DNA from: a virus
DNA length: 64,000 bases
Virus record (IMG/VR): IMGVR_UViG_3300008448_000067
Span: 4,501-68,500 of that record
Direction: 5' to 3' (one strand)
In this document: piece by piece, positions 1-8,982 of the stretch
How the letters are laid out: each line of letters begins with the position of its first letter
Position numbering within the stretch: position 1 is the first letter of the stretch
Translations under genes and position numbers: made by a program
Notes under the pieces: generated by a model
Told to the model about the DNA's origin: nothing
The model's input: the letters and a program-made list of their open reading frames with translations, nothing else
Database searches by the model: none

Positions 1-523
1 TAAAATCGCTGGCCATCTGATTCACCAGACCAATGGTAGGAACAATGATCAATCCTTTATGACCGAACTGCTGGTACCATCTCATAAGAACATAGATCAT
101 GAAAGACTTACCAGAAGATGTTGGACTTACTAAAGTTCTTCTTGTAGATCTTAAACACTTTAAGATAGAATCAAACTGATAGTCTCGTGACTGGTATTTT
201 TCCGGAATATTAAGAGATTGAATAAACTGCTCGAGTTCGAACTCAGAAATGTTTTCGTAGAATAATTCTTCATCAAACGAGAAACTATAGCCACGACTAT
301 CACAAAATTTCTTTATACGTTGAGCAAGACCAGCATAACAAGTGCCTGACATCCTATTAATTAATGAAATATTCCCATCCCAAAGTCTGGCTTTGTACTT
401 AGGATTAAACTTATATCCATCTGCTTTCCATGTAAAAGCATCAGCCAGTTCCATGATTGTCGAAGATTCTGCGCAGACCTTAATATGTACTCTGTCTATG
501 AATTTTAAATGTACATCACTCAT
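1..523 (-). CDS. uvsW: UvsW DNA helicase, N-terminal part (runs off window)
   Basis: Not in the ORF track. Translated by hand from ATG at 523, which overlaps the uvsY stop: MSDVHLKFIDRVHIKV...YKFNPKYKARLWDGNI...RDYQ...SPTSSGKS (Walker A)...LIIVPTIGLVNQM. Position after uvsY fits T4-like synteny. Confidence 0.93.
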   Translation of the reverse strand, partial: MSDVHLKFIDRVHIKVCAESSTIMELADAFTWKADGYKFNPKYKARLWDGNISLINRMSGTCYAGLAQRIKKFCDSRGYSFSFDEELFYENISEFELEQFIQSLNIPEKYQSRDYQFDSILKCLRSTRRTLVSPTSSGKSFMIYVLMRWYQQFGHKGLIIVPTIGLVNQMASDF

Positions 524-957
524 TAAATACCAACTTTGAACTTCTCAAAATCGATAGCAGCTTTAATATTGAAACCACGATTTGTAAGAGATTTGATGAC
601 TGACTCAAGAAGATCTAACTTCTCTTGCTGAATGCCAATTTTAAGTGTGAGGTTAATCACTTCTGTATCAGCGTCGATGTAGTTGTTCACGTCCGAACGA
701 ATGATCTTACCCTGAGGTGGCAACCGCCAACCCTTGGCATGAGTTTCTTCCGTCGGACCCATAGTAAAGAACTCGTGTTTAGCCAACTTCAATTGCTTGA
801 ATTCGGCTTCATATTTACGAAGAATCAAACGTTCATTCGTAAACATCTTAAAATACTTATGGTGAAGCTTAGGAATACGTAAAACTTCGTCGCTCAACTC
901 TGTGCGATCGATAGTTGCGTCTTTTTCCCATTCGGAGTATATATCTTCAAGTTTCAT
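523..957 (-). CDS. uvsY: UvsY recombination mediator
   Basis: 144 aa with IPKLHHKY and C-terminal RGFNIKAAIDFEKF; located between gp3 and uvsW. Confidence 0.9.
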   Translation of the reverse strand: MKLEDIYSEWEKDATIDRTELSDEVLRIPKLHHKYFKMFTNERLILRKYEAEFKQLKLAKHEFFTMGPTEETHAKGWRLPPQGKIIRSDVNNYIDADTEVINLTLKIGIQQEKLDLLESVIKSLTNRGFNIKAAIDFEKFKVGI

Positions 958-963
958 AATATA

Positions 964-992
964 AGTCTACCACAGATTGCAAAAAATGTCAA
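964..992 (-). promoter_or_regulatory. Sigma70-type promoter for uvsY-uvsW, probably leaderless
   Basis: Minus strand TTGACA(992-987)-17 nt-TAGACT(969-964) with TGG just upstream of the -10; ATG follows 6 nt later with no SD. Confidence 0.65.
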
Positions 993-1508
993 CTAAATTA
1001 GTTCGATATTATACTTTAAAAATTTAAAATTTGCTGTACACTGAATATAGTTGACATCTGAGTCAGTTGTGTTAAAATCTAAATTGCCCAAACTAATTGG
1101 AAAAGCATCATGAAAAACTACTTTAATGTTTGGCTGCATAGAACTATTCATAATAATCAAAGTAATATCAGAATATTCAGTTTCTGCACTTCCGAGTGGA
1201 GCCTGTCTAAGAGACTTGAATTGATCAAAATTTTCTGATGGTCCTAATTTAACCATCCAGTTGTGAAGCTCGAGATAGTCATTAATATCTTCACTCACTC
1301 TAAATGTAATAGACAAAGGACTATATTTAATATTTCCTGCAAGAGGAATTGATACAAACGGTGTAGGAGAATTAGCATCTCCTAGATCAACACCTGGAAG
1401 ACTCACATTTTGAATGTTAAAGTCTAGATTAGGAGCACGCATAAGAGTGAATTTAAATCCCAGAGGAGATAAGAAATTCTTGTTTGTTGGAATATTTAAA
1501 ACAGACAT
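993..1508 (-). CDS. gp3: Tail tube terminator / tail completion protein gp3
   Basis: NFLSPLGFKF, VSLPG, F..SEDINDYLELHNWM, DAFPISLGNLDF motifs; position after gp23. Confidence 0.88.
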   Translation of the reverse strand: MSVLNIPTNKNFLSPLGFKFTLMRAPNLDFNIQNVSLPGVDLGDANSPTPFVSIPLAGNIKYSPLSITFRVSEDINDYLELHNWMVKLGPSENFDQFKSLRQAPLGSAETEYSDITLIIMNSSMQPNIKVVFHDAFPISLGNLDFNTTDSDVNYIQCTANFKFLKYNIELI

Positions 1509-1532
1509 AGTATTCCTTTAAGACTTAATATC

Positions 1533-1560
1533 ATTATACCATAACTATTTATAATGTCAA
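1533..1560 (-). promoter_or_regulatory. Nested sigma70 consensus promoter and T4 late promoter upstream of gp3
   Basis: TTGACA(1560-1555)-16 nt-TATAAT(1538-1533) with extended -10 TG; TATAAATA (1553-1546) lies inside the spacer. Confidence 0.7.
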
Positions 1561-1565
1561 CAGAT

Positions 1566-1594
1566 AAAAAGAGAGGGAGCCGAAGCTCCCTCTC
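1566..1594 (-). terminator. Intrinsic terminator after major capsid gene
   Basis: Minus strand GAGAGGGAGC-TTCG-GCTCCCTCTC-TTTTT: 10-bp stem, C(UUCG)G tetraloop typical of T4-like phages, U tract. Confidence 0.92.
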
Positions 1595-1625
1595 CAGGTT
1601 TGGTTGGTTATCCCAACTCTTATGA

Positions 1626-2984
1626 TTACATAAGGTTAGAAACAAGAACGCGGCGATAGTACTTGTTCGAATCCTGCTCAAGAGTAGCTGATGTATCAGC
1701 AGCAGTTGTACCCTTAGCGAATGGATTTGGAGCCATACCGTAACGAGTCTTGAAGCCGATCTTTGGCTGGAATGAGCCTGGATCAACTGCACGAACCATC
1801 TGTAGTGGAACGTATGGGCAGTAGAAGAGACCAGCATCATAAGGGTTCGAACCCTTATAACCAGTAACAAGATAGTTAGTACCAGCATAAGGATCAATAT
1901 AAACCTTGATGCGGCCATTGATAACACCAGCAAAAGTATTGCCAGTATCGTCAATGTTTAGCGAGTTAGTATTAAGAGCTGGAGCGTAATCAAGAACACC
2001 AGCCATCTGAAGAGCCGAAGCTACGTCCGACGAACAGATGATAACGTTACCCTTACCACGACGGGTTTGCTTAGCAATCTGGTTGCATTCGCGTTCAATC
2101 TGGAATAGAAGACCCTTGAACTTTTCAACAGCCCAACGACCGTTTGAATCGGTATCAAGATCAAAAATACCTGCAGTTGTTGTACCGTCAGCAGCACCAC
2201 GTTCAGCAGTGATGATGATTGAACGAACAACTTCGCGGTTGATTTCTGCAAGAATTTCAGCCGAAAGAATGTTTGAAAGTTCTGATTCAGCATCAAGACC
2301 ATGAATTGCCTTTAGATCCTGTGCAAGTTCTAAAGTATATTCTGCCTTGAGAGCGCGAGTCTTAGCAGACACAGTAACCTTCTCGATTGAGAAGCCCATT
2401 TCTGGGAAAATATATGTGCTATTTGCGCCAAGAAGTTCGCCTGTACCAAGCAGAAGACCCATTGTGTAGTTATAGGTCGAGTTACCTGCGTTGTTTGACG
2501 AACCAGGAGCTGTACCAACAGTGTTAGCACCAACAGCAGTTGCCGAACCGGCACCGGTGTTAGCAGCATCAACACCAGCGCCTAGACGCGAAGAGTGACC
2601 GGTGTTTGCTTCGTTGTAGAATGCTTCTGAAACGCTTGAATCAGTTGTGTTAGCATAATGCGAACGCATTGCAAAGATAAGGCCAGTTGGGCCCGACATT
2701 GGCTGAACGCCGCAGATATCATAAGCAATCAGGTTTGGCATCGAACGACGAACCAGCGAAATAAGTACTGGATCAAAGTTTGCAGCATTACCAGCTGTGT
2801 TGACGTGTGTAGCTTCTCCAAGAAGATGTTGTGATCCACCTTGGCCAGCAGCTTCACGAAGAGCCTGCTCGGTATTTTCTAGAATTTGTGCGGTCACATA
2901 GCGCTTCTGAGCGTTTGTGATCTCTGGTAGATCACCATGCTCAAGCACTGGCTTCCACTTGTTTTGTAGTTCCTCAGCTAACAT
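1626..2984 (-). CDS. gp23: Major capsid protein gp23
   Basis: DPVLISLVRRSMPNLIAYDICGVQPMSGPTGLIFAMR, KTRALKAEYTLELAQDLKAIHGLDAE, FQPKIGFKTRYG; probable gp21 site LGE/A near residue 57. Confidence 0.98.
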   Translation of the reverse strand: MLAEELQNKWKPVLEHGDLPEITNAQKRYVTAQILENTEQALREAAGQGGSQHLLGEATHVNTAGNAANFDPVLISLVRRSMPNLIAYDICGVQPMSGPTGLIFAMRSHYANTTDSSVSEAFYNEANTGHSSRLGAGVDAANTGAGSATAVGANTVGTAPGSSNNAGNSTYNYTMGLLLGTGELLGANSTYIFPEMGFSIEKVTVSAKTRALKAEYTLELAQDLKAIHGLDAESELSNILSAEILAEINREVVRSIIITAERGAADGTTTAGIFDLDTDSNGRWAVEKFKGLLFQIERECNQIAKQTRRGKGNVIICSSDVASALQMAGVLDYAPALNTNSLNIDDTGNTFAGVINGRIKVYIDPYAGTNYLVTGYKGSNPYDAGLFYCPYVPLQMVRAVDPGSFQPKIGFKTRYGMAPNPFAKGTTAADTSATLEQDSNKYYRRVLVSNLM

Positions 2985-3021
2985 TTTATTCTCCCCTTAC
3001 CTTTCTGGGTATTTGATGTTT

Positions 3022-3029
3022 TATTTATT
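3022..3029 (-). promoter_or_regulatory. Late promoter variant AATAAATA upstream of gp23
   Basis: NATAAATA ~40 nt upstream of the start. Similar variants at 4034-4041 (gp22), 8977-8984 (gp19), 15709-15720 (gp13) and 58652-58659 (gp25). Confidence 0.6.
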
Positions 3030-4008
3030 ACTTTACGTTTCTTGAAATTGCAGTTACATAGTTAGCCATATGAGCTGGTACTTCTACAATTTGATTGGTA
3101 CCTTCTTCGGCTTCTTCAGTAATTACTCCGGTAGTACCTTCTTTCTTTTCAGAGAAGTACTTATTCTTAAGAATGTGGAGCTTTTTGGCATATGTCTCAG
3201 AATTACCAAATTCAATGCCTTCTGCTAGTGTGCGAAGCTTTTCAATTTGTGTTGCCACTAAGCCCTCACTAACTTCGTCAAAAGTAGCTTCCATGGTTGC
3301 TTCATCAATAACTGATTGAAGCTCAAGCTGCTTATTCACAGATTCGTCAAGCTTACTTTCTAGATCTTCGATTTGAGCTTGAAGCTCACCAAGAATGTCA
3401 AGCTTTTCATCAGGTACATTAATGTAACTTTCAGCAAACAGATTACGCAGACCTTCCATGAAGTCTTCTGCAACGTTTGCGCGGATCGATGATTCGATAG
3501 CAATCTTGTTATCTTCGATCCACTGTTCCACTACGTAGTCAAGATATTGATCGACCTTTTCGGTCATCTCTTCTTGAATAGCAACTACAGCTTCATCAAG
3601 CTTTGTTGCAAATTCTTCTTCTAGGCGAACTGTTTCCAGATTCATACGAGCTGTAACAGCGGCTTCAAAAATAGTCGAAGCGCGCTCCTTGAATTCTTCA
3701 GAAAGATCTTCGCCGCTGAACATTTCAGCTACGTCTTCCTTAACTGCACCAAGAGTTGCAGCTGGCATCTGTCCAAGAGCAGGACCGCCACCAGGGGCAG
3801 TTGCTGAAGGAACACCGTCGGCGCTGTACTTCTTAATAGAATCATTGAAGAGATGCGATAGATCTTCTTTACCAAGCTGAGCTAACAGCGAAGTAAATGT
3901 AGCAAGCATCTCAATACGAGTTGGATTTGGCTTTAGTGTTTCCGAAGCCGCTGATTCGTCAAGATTTTCTTCGTTCTCAACGATATCAGTTAGGTCCTTA
4001 TCTGACAT
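3028..4008 (-). CDS. gp22: Prohead core scaffold protein gp22
   Basis: Acidic coiled coil with LSEEFKERASTIFEAAV, VDQYLDYVVEQW, F..GLRNLFAESYINVP; located between gp21 and gp23. Confidence 0.93.
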   Translation of the reverse strand: MSDKDLTDIVENEENLDESAASETLKPNPTRIEMLATFTSLLAQLGKEDLSHLFNDSIKKYSADGVPSATAPGGGPALGQMPAATLGAVKEDVAEMFSGEDLSEEFKERASTIFEAAVTARMNLETVRLEEEFATKLDEAVVAIQEEMTEKVDQYLDYVVEQWIEDNKIAIESSIRANVAEDFMEGLRNLFAESYINVPDEKLDILGELQAQIEDLESKLDESVNKQLELQSVIDEATMEATFDEVSEGLVATQIEKLRTLAEGIEFGNSETYAKKLHILKNKYFSEKKEGTTGVITEEAEEGTNQIVEVPAHMANYVTAISRNVK

Positions 4009-4045
4009 TTTGCACTCCTTAGTTAATTTAACTTATTTATTTGAT

Positions 4046-4717
4046 TCAGGATTTCGAAATATTGTTGAGAAAATTCTCAAAAATCTTAAATTTCTTTGCT
4101 TCTAGTTCTCTAGAAGTTGCGGCTTTTTCAATGATTTGAACTGTTTGTTCTACAACTTGAGCTTTCTTTGCAATAAGTAGATCGTTTTCCCATATCCACT
4201 CTACACCTTCCATGATGCCATTGACAAAAGCATCAGGAGCAGAAGGGTCTGCTACAATATCAGCTGCAGTTGCTAAGTAAAAGTCATTTTGTACTTCATT
4301 GATTCCTTCTTTGTTAAGCTTTAATGAGCCCATACCACGAGAAGAAACACCAAGCTTTACACCCTCAGAAACAAGACCTTTGGCAATGCTACCAAAAGGA
4401 GTATCCATAAGCTTAGCTTTGCCGATGAAGTTATTACCTTCTTGGCGAAGATTTGTAATAAGATGAGAAACTCGATCAAGATTAATCTGTGGACCTTCTG
4501 GGTGACCAAGTTCACCTAGAGCTCTGCCAGACTTTACATATGCTTCGTTGTAGCGTTCAACTTCTTTGGCAAGAGTTTCAACTGGATACATACGTCCGTT
4601 GCGATTCTTGATGCCACCCTGAAGAAACACGCCTTCGATGAATACGTTCTTCTTGCCGTCTTCTCTAGCTTCAGTAACTGTTTTGAGGTCTTCAAAGACT
4701 TCTGTAATAAGTTTCAT
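4046..4717 (-). CDS. gp21: Prohead protease gp21
   Basis: IEGVFLQ..IKNRNGRMYP, ALGELGHP, GVSSRGMGS, DIVADPSAPDAFV. Confidence 0.97.
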   Translation of the reverse strand: MKLITEVFEDLKTVTEAREDGKKNVFIEGVFLQGGIKNRNGRMYPVETLAKEVERYNEAYVKSGRALGELGHPEGPQINLDRVSHLITNLRQEGNNFIGKAKLMDTPFGSIAKGLVSEGVKLGVSSRGMGSLKLNKEGINEVQNDFYLATAADIVADPSAPDAFVNGIMEGVEWIWENDLLIAKKAQVVEQTVQIIEKAATSRELEAKKFKIFENFLNNISKS

Positions 4718-4726
4718 TTTCTTACC

Positions 4727-5125
4727 TTAACTGTTATTATATTCAGAAATGAATGTGCCAACCTTTTGAAGTTCAAAAAGAACATAACCATTTGCAGTTC
4801 CGACAAACTCTACACTAAGGTTTGCTGTTTGACTGACAGTAAGAGCCATACCGCATCCGGCATAGTCCTTGTAACCTGTCGAATCATATATTGCAATAGG
4901 AGTTGCACCGCGCTTGATTACGGCATAACCGTTCGGATCAAGGCCCCAGTATATCTGAGTAATATAAGCACCAGAAAGAACTTCATTGCTAACTGCAAGA
5001 CATGTAGCAGATGAATCGACGTTTGTTGTAGTACTATTACCAGATACTTTAATCGTAGTATTAGCAGCAGAAACGTGAATAGTGGCAGCAGTATTTTTCT
5101 TATTTGAAATAATTGTTACGGCCAT
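4727..5125 (-). CDS. Hypothetical head-cluster protein (beta-rich, possible capsid accessory protein)
   Basis: 132-aa ORF translationally coupled to the upstream gene, between the core-protein genes and gp21. Confidence 0.6.
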   Translation of the reverse strand: MAVTIISNKKNTAATIHVSAANTTIKVSGNSTTTNVDSSATCLAVSNEVLSGAYITQIYWGLDPNGYAVIKRGATPIAIYDSTGYKDYAGCGMALTVSQTANLSVEFVGTANGYVLFELQKVGTFISEYNNS

Positions 5126-6381
5126 TATTCACCTCTATGACTAATTGCGAAGTCGAGCATTGAATCAACACCTTCTGGTGTCTGACATGCTTCAAGGAAC
5201 TTCTTTTGGTTGTCTTCATTTAATTTATCAAACACAGAAAGCATGGTACGACGATGTGATTCTGTGAGATCACCAAGAAGCTCAGCTAGCTTTTCTTCCT
5301 TACGAAGTGGCTTACCACCACGTTCTGCAGTAAGTTTAGCAGCAATCGCCATAGCACGACGCTTCTCTTGCGACTTGCCCTTGAACTGTGGAGCATCAGA
5401 CTTCTGGAAATCCTTAATTACAGTTCCCATCGAAGCCTTGTCCATGTTGAGCTTTTCTTCGATTTCGACTTCTTCCTTAGCATTTACTTTAGCTTTACCA
5501 GCTAGTTTTCTAGTTGCTTTTGAAATACCAATTTGGCGAGTAAGGCTCTTCATGATCTTACCTGAATCATACTTACCTTCACCACCTTCTTTCTTACCGG
5601 CACGATAAGCTTGGTTATGAACGTCTTGAGCTGACTTTTCAATGTATGAGTGAAGAGTGTTCTTCGACAGTTCGTCAATATGTTCGGCTTCTTCAGTCTT
5701 CAGGCTTTCACCGCGCTTTACAAGTTGCTTGCCAGAAGCTTGTGCGCCTGCTGCTCTCTTACGAAGAGTCTTGGTATCCTTCTGATCCTTCGACCAGTCG
5801 CCACCGCCCATCTTCATCTTATCGACGATAGCGTTGCCTTGAGCACGAGCCTTCTTGCGATAGCTTTGCAGTGTAGCAGTTGACAGCTCGTCGATTTGCT
5901 CTTCTTCGAGTCTATTGACACCGAGCTTCTTGCGAACAGCGTGTGAAAGAGCAACGTACCCTACACCGAAATCATTAGCAGCTGAACGAACATGGCTCTT
6001 ACGAACATTATCGCCATAGCGCTTGATTAGGTGTGCTGCGATCTTAGCTGATTCATCTAGCTCTTCAGCTTCTTCAGCGACTTTCTTTTTCTTGCGAAGA
6101 AGTTTGAAGTCATGAGCATCGACCTTGCCATTCTTGTTGGCATCGATCTTATGCTGATTGCCCTTGAGTTCCTCGTAGACCTTCTCGTCTTCGCCTGGGT
6201 TATAGCCATGACGCTCTTTACGGCGGTCGATCGGCTTTACCTTTGAACCCTTGAATACTTCATCACCATTGCCATTGCGATCTGGGTGCTTGACAACAAC
6301 GTGCTTATCCACGAACTTCTGTTCGTCAGGATTTTTAACCTTCAGGTAACCTTCTAGGAATTGATTAAGCGTCTTCGCCAT
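5125..6381 (-). CDS. Prohead core / internal head protein with repeated EE-x-E-x-[IL]-[DE]-E sites (gp68 position)
   Basis: Likely start MAKTL at 6381. Basic modules are separated by EEAEELDES, EEEQIDELS, EEAEHIDELS and EEVEIEEKL; EF-hand-like DANKNGKVDAHD. Confidence 0.65.
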   Translation of the reverse strand: MAKTLNQFLEGYLKVKNPDEQKFVDKHVVVKHPDRNGNGDEVFKGSKVKPIDRRKERHGYNPGEDEKVYEELKGNQHKIDANKNGKVDAHDFKLLRKKKKVAEEAEELDESAKIAAHLIKRYGDNVRKSHVRSAANDFGVGYVALSHAVRKKLGVNRLEEEQIDELSTATLQSYRKKARAQGNAIVDKMKMGGGDWSKDQKDTKTLRKRAAGAQASGKQLVKRGESLKTEEAEHIDELSKNTLHSYIEKSAQDVHNQAYRAGKKEGGEGKYDSGKIMKSLTRQIGISKATRKLAGKAKVNAKEEVEIEEKLNMDKASMGTVIKDFQKSDAPQFKGKSQEKRRAMAIAAKLTAERGGKPLRKEEKLAELLGDLTESHRRTMLSVFDKLNEDNQKKFLEACQTPEGVDSMLDFAISHRGE

Positions 6382-6691
6382 CGTCTTCAAACCCTTCTAA
6401 ATCTTCGTCTTCTAAATCTTCGTCTTCGTCGTCCCAGTCGATATCGTCTAAATCATCGTCGTCAAGATCTAGATCGTCATCATCGAGATCTAAATCATCG
6501 TCGTCAAGATCTAGATCATCGTCGTCGTCGACAGAATCTTCTTGCGAAGCAAACATACTTTGTGCTACAGAGATTTTCATATCATCAATAGCTGTGCTTG
6601 CTTTTTGACCCATAATTTCATCGAAAGCAGAAGCAAATTTAGTTGGCTGCTGATTCATAGAGTAATTAAGTAGATCATCAATATCGGCCAT
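6365..6691 (-). CDS. Small acidic prohead core protein (gp67-like)
   Basis: Start MADIDD at 6691 after GGAGG SD; directly downstream of the portal gene; very acidic C-terminus. Confidence 0.7.
   Translation of the reverse strand: MADIDDLLNYSMNQQPTKFASAFDEIMGQKASTAIDDMKISVAQSMFASQEDSVDDDDDLDLDDDDLDLDDDDLDLDDDDLDDIDWDDEDEDLEDEDLEGFEDDGEDA
6440..6530. repeat. 21-nt tandem repeat encoding (DDDDLDL)n
   Basis: About four imperfect copies of gatctaRatcRtcRtcRtcRa within the acidic tail. Confidence 0.8.
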
Positions 6692-6712
6692 AGTTTCCTC
6701 CAAAATTTTTAT

Positions 6713-6720
6713 TATTTATA
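6713..6720 (-). promoter_or_regulatory. T4-type late promoter TATAAATA
   Basis: Exact consensus immediately after the portal stop, upstream of the gp67-like gene. Confidence 0.8.
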
Positions 6721-8364
6721 TCACGCGGGTTTCTTAACTAGATCTGGAACTTTAGGTAGAGAAGGAACTTTAGAAGTCTTTCCTGTGTCTGGTCCTAATG
6801 CTCCACTGGTATCTTCCGGTCCTTGATCTTCTACAGGCTGGCCATCAGATCCCATTTCAACCGGTGGATTATATTGTGGGTTGTCTTGTTCTTCTACAAT
6901 TTGTTCATCAATTTCTTTTATATCTCTTTCAGTCTGATACAGAACATTACGGCGTATCCATTCGTGTGAATAATACTTGCCGGTGTAATCATCAATATCA
7001 CGAAGCATTGATACACGATCACGAAGAATTTCAGTGTTTCTTAATTCGGAAAAATGATTGTCTTCTGAATATTCGTATTTGAAATTAGATTTAAATTCTT
7101 GCCAATCTTCACTAGTAATAACACCCTTTAGAATCAATTGTTTCTCAAGAATTTTATTAAAGAGTTCTGAAAACTTACCACGAAGGCGAGTAACAAACTT
7201 AGCAAATTTAACTTCATCGCGTGATATTTCAGTAGCACGACCAAAATTATAACTTTGTTCTGGATCAAGACGAGTAACTGGAACATTTAATGATTTATAA
7301 AGCTTGCGTTGGAAGTAAACCACATCATCCATTTGACCGAGGTTTTGACCACCGGGAAGAGTTGTAATTTCTGTTCCTTTACCACCCTCACGTCGTGGCA
7401 GCCAGAAATCTTCAAGCATTGTCATGTGCTTACGATCATCGCGAATTTCACCGGTCTGAGCGTCATAAACTACACGATTCTTAAAGCGAGTCATAATATC
7501 ACGAAGATATTGCTCAGCTTTCATCTTTGGTAAATTACCAACATCAATGTAGAAGACTCGGCGTTCAGGAGCTCGTGAAATACGGTAGATAACCAGAGAG
7601 TCTTCCATTGACTTTAACTGATTGAGAGGTTTGATTGCTTTCTGTAAATGACCAATTACCATATCACCACCGACATTTACAAGTCCAGATGATACACTAA
7701 CAACAGCATCTACTGCAATCCGGATTCCTTGTGAGCCGGGATCATTATAAGTAGAGCCTTGAGTAGGAGCTTTAGCAAATCCTTTATCATTATAGATAAA
7801 GAATTCTTCTACAGTTTTATTAACCATGGCACTAGAAGTTTTATTTACTCGAGCTCGTCTTTGAGTTTTGATCTTACGAATTTTACGAGGATCAACATAT
7901 CTTAATTCTTTAATTCCATCCCGCGGAGTTTTTTCATCAATAATAGCATGATAGTATAGTCTACCATCAACATACCATTTACGGAAAATTTCATAAGCGT
8001 GTTGATTAAATTCAAGCAACTCAAGAGTATTGTCAAACTCTTCTAGAATCATCTTCTTGATATTTTCAGGTTGTTTTAAATCGTCAAGGTTAAGACTTAC
8101 GATCTCTTTCTTTGGATCCATAACAATAGCTTCATTGATAATATCATCAACAGCCATTTCAATGTCTGGGTGCATAGAAATTTCACGATACTTGCTAACA
8201 AGTTCCGCTTCGTTTCTTACTGAACCTTCAAGATCGACATATTGGCCATAAGCACCACCTTCAGAAACAACAAGAGCTCCATCTTCTTCCACTTTTGGTG
8301 CAAATGAAGGAAGTTCTTGTTCTGGTTTCTTTCTTACAATCTGAAAACCAAATAATTCGGCCAT
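6721..8364 (-). CDS. gp20: Portal protein gp20
   Basis: FRKWYVDGRLYYH, LVIYRISRAPERRVFYIDVGNLPKMKAEQY, EDFWLPRREGGKGTEITTLPGGQNLG. Confidence 0.98.
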   Translation of the reverse strand: MAELFGFQIVRKKPEQELPSFAPKVEEDGALVVSEGGAYGQYVDLEGSVRNEAELVSKYREISMHPDIEMAVDDIINEAIVMDPKKEIVSLNLDDLKQPENIKKMILEEFDNTLELLEFNQHAYEIFRKWYVDGRLYYHAIIDEKTPRDGIKELRYVDPRKIRKIKTQRRARVNKTSSAMVNKTVEEFFIYNDKGFAKAPTQGSTYNDPGSQGIRIAVDAVVSVSSGLVNVGGDMVIGHLQKAIKPLNQLKSMEDSLVIYRISRAPERRVFYIDVGNLPKMKAEQYLRDIMTRFKNRVVYDAQTGEIRDDRKHMTMLEDFWLPRREGGKGTEITTLPGGQNLGQMDDVVYFQRKLYKSLNVPVTRLDPEQSYNFGRATEISRDEVKFAKFVTRLRGKFSELFNKILEKQLILKGVITSEDWQEFKSNFKYEYSEDNHFSELRNTEILRDRVSMLRDIDDYTGKYYSHEWIRRNVLYQTERDIKEIDEQIVEEQDNPQYNPPVEMGSDGQPVEDQGPEDTSGALGPDTGKTSKVPSLPKVPDLVKKPA

Positions 8365-8381
8365 GAGGACTCCTAATTAAC

Positions 8382-8415
8382 AAAAAAAAGTAAGGGGAGT
8401 GATTACCCCTTACTT
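8382..8415 (-). terminator. Intrinsic terminator after tail tube gene
   Basis: Minus strand AAGTAAGGGG-taatcact-CCCCTTACTT followed by a T run. Confidence 0.8.
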
Positions 8416-8416
8416 A

Positions 8417-8953
8417 TTATTCACCACCGGCGTTGTCGGTAGCGCCACCACTTACAGTCCAATAATCATATGAGAATGTAACCTGGAATGATTCAATTTG
8501 ATCAGTTGTTCCCCAATCTAATTCTATTGGAGAAATAACACTTGGAAAAATTCCATTGAACTTGTATTCACGTAATGCGGTTCCATCTTTTGCATACTGA
8601 ATTACAGTAGCATTAGACTTGTAACGATTAATTTCGCGAACGTTGCGTTCAAATCTATTAATCTGATTTGACCATTCTTCCATTGCATTACGGATTAAAA
8701 AGTCTTCATCATTAATAATTGTAACTGTCCAATCGCCAAAAGTTCTATCTCCTGCCAACTTCATTTGTCGGCCAAAGTAAAACACTGGAATTACTCCCAA
8801 TTGAGCTTCTGGAATCTGAGCAGCTTGCACCAAGAATGGTGATTTGAGATCACCAGAACTATTTGCAGGATTGTTAATACGCACCTGGAAAAGATTCTGA
8901 CGAGCGCCGCCATAGACCAGTTGGCTTCTCATTTCATTGATATTAAAAGCCAT
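8417..8953 (-). CDS. gp19: Tail tube protein gp19
   Basis: GGARQNLFQV, GRQMKLAGDRTFGDWTVTIINDEDF, FPSVISPIELDW, FQVTFSYDYW. Confidence 0.96.
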   Translation of the reverse strand: MAFNINEMRSQLVYGGARQNLFQVRINNPANSSGDLKSPFLVQAAQIPEAQLGVIPVFYFGRQMKLAGDRTFGDWTVTIINDEDFLIRNAMEEWSNQINRFERNVREINRYKSNATVIQYAKDGTALREYKFNGIFPSVISPIELDWGTTDQIESFQVTFSYDYWTVSGGATDNAGGE

Positions 8954-8982
8954 TCTTATTTCCTCCTAGTTTCTTTTATTTA

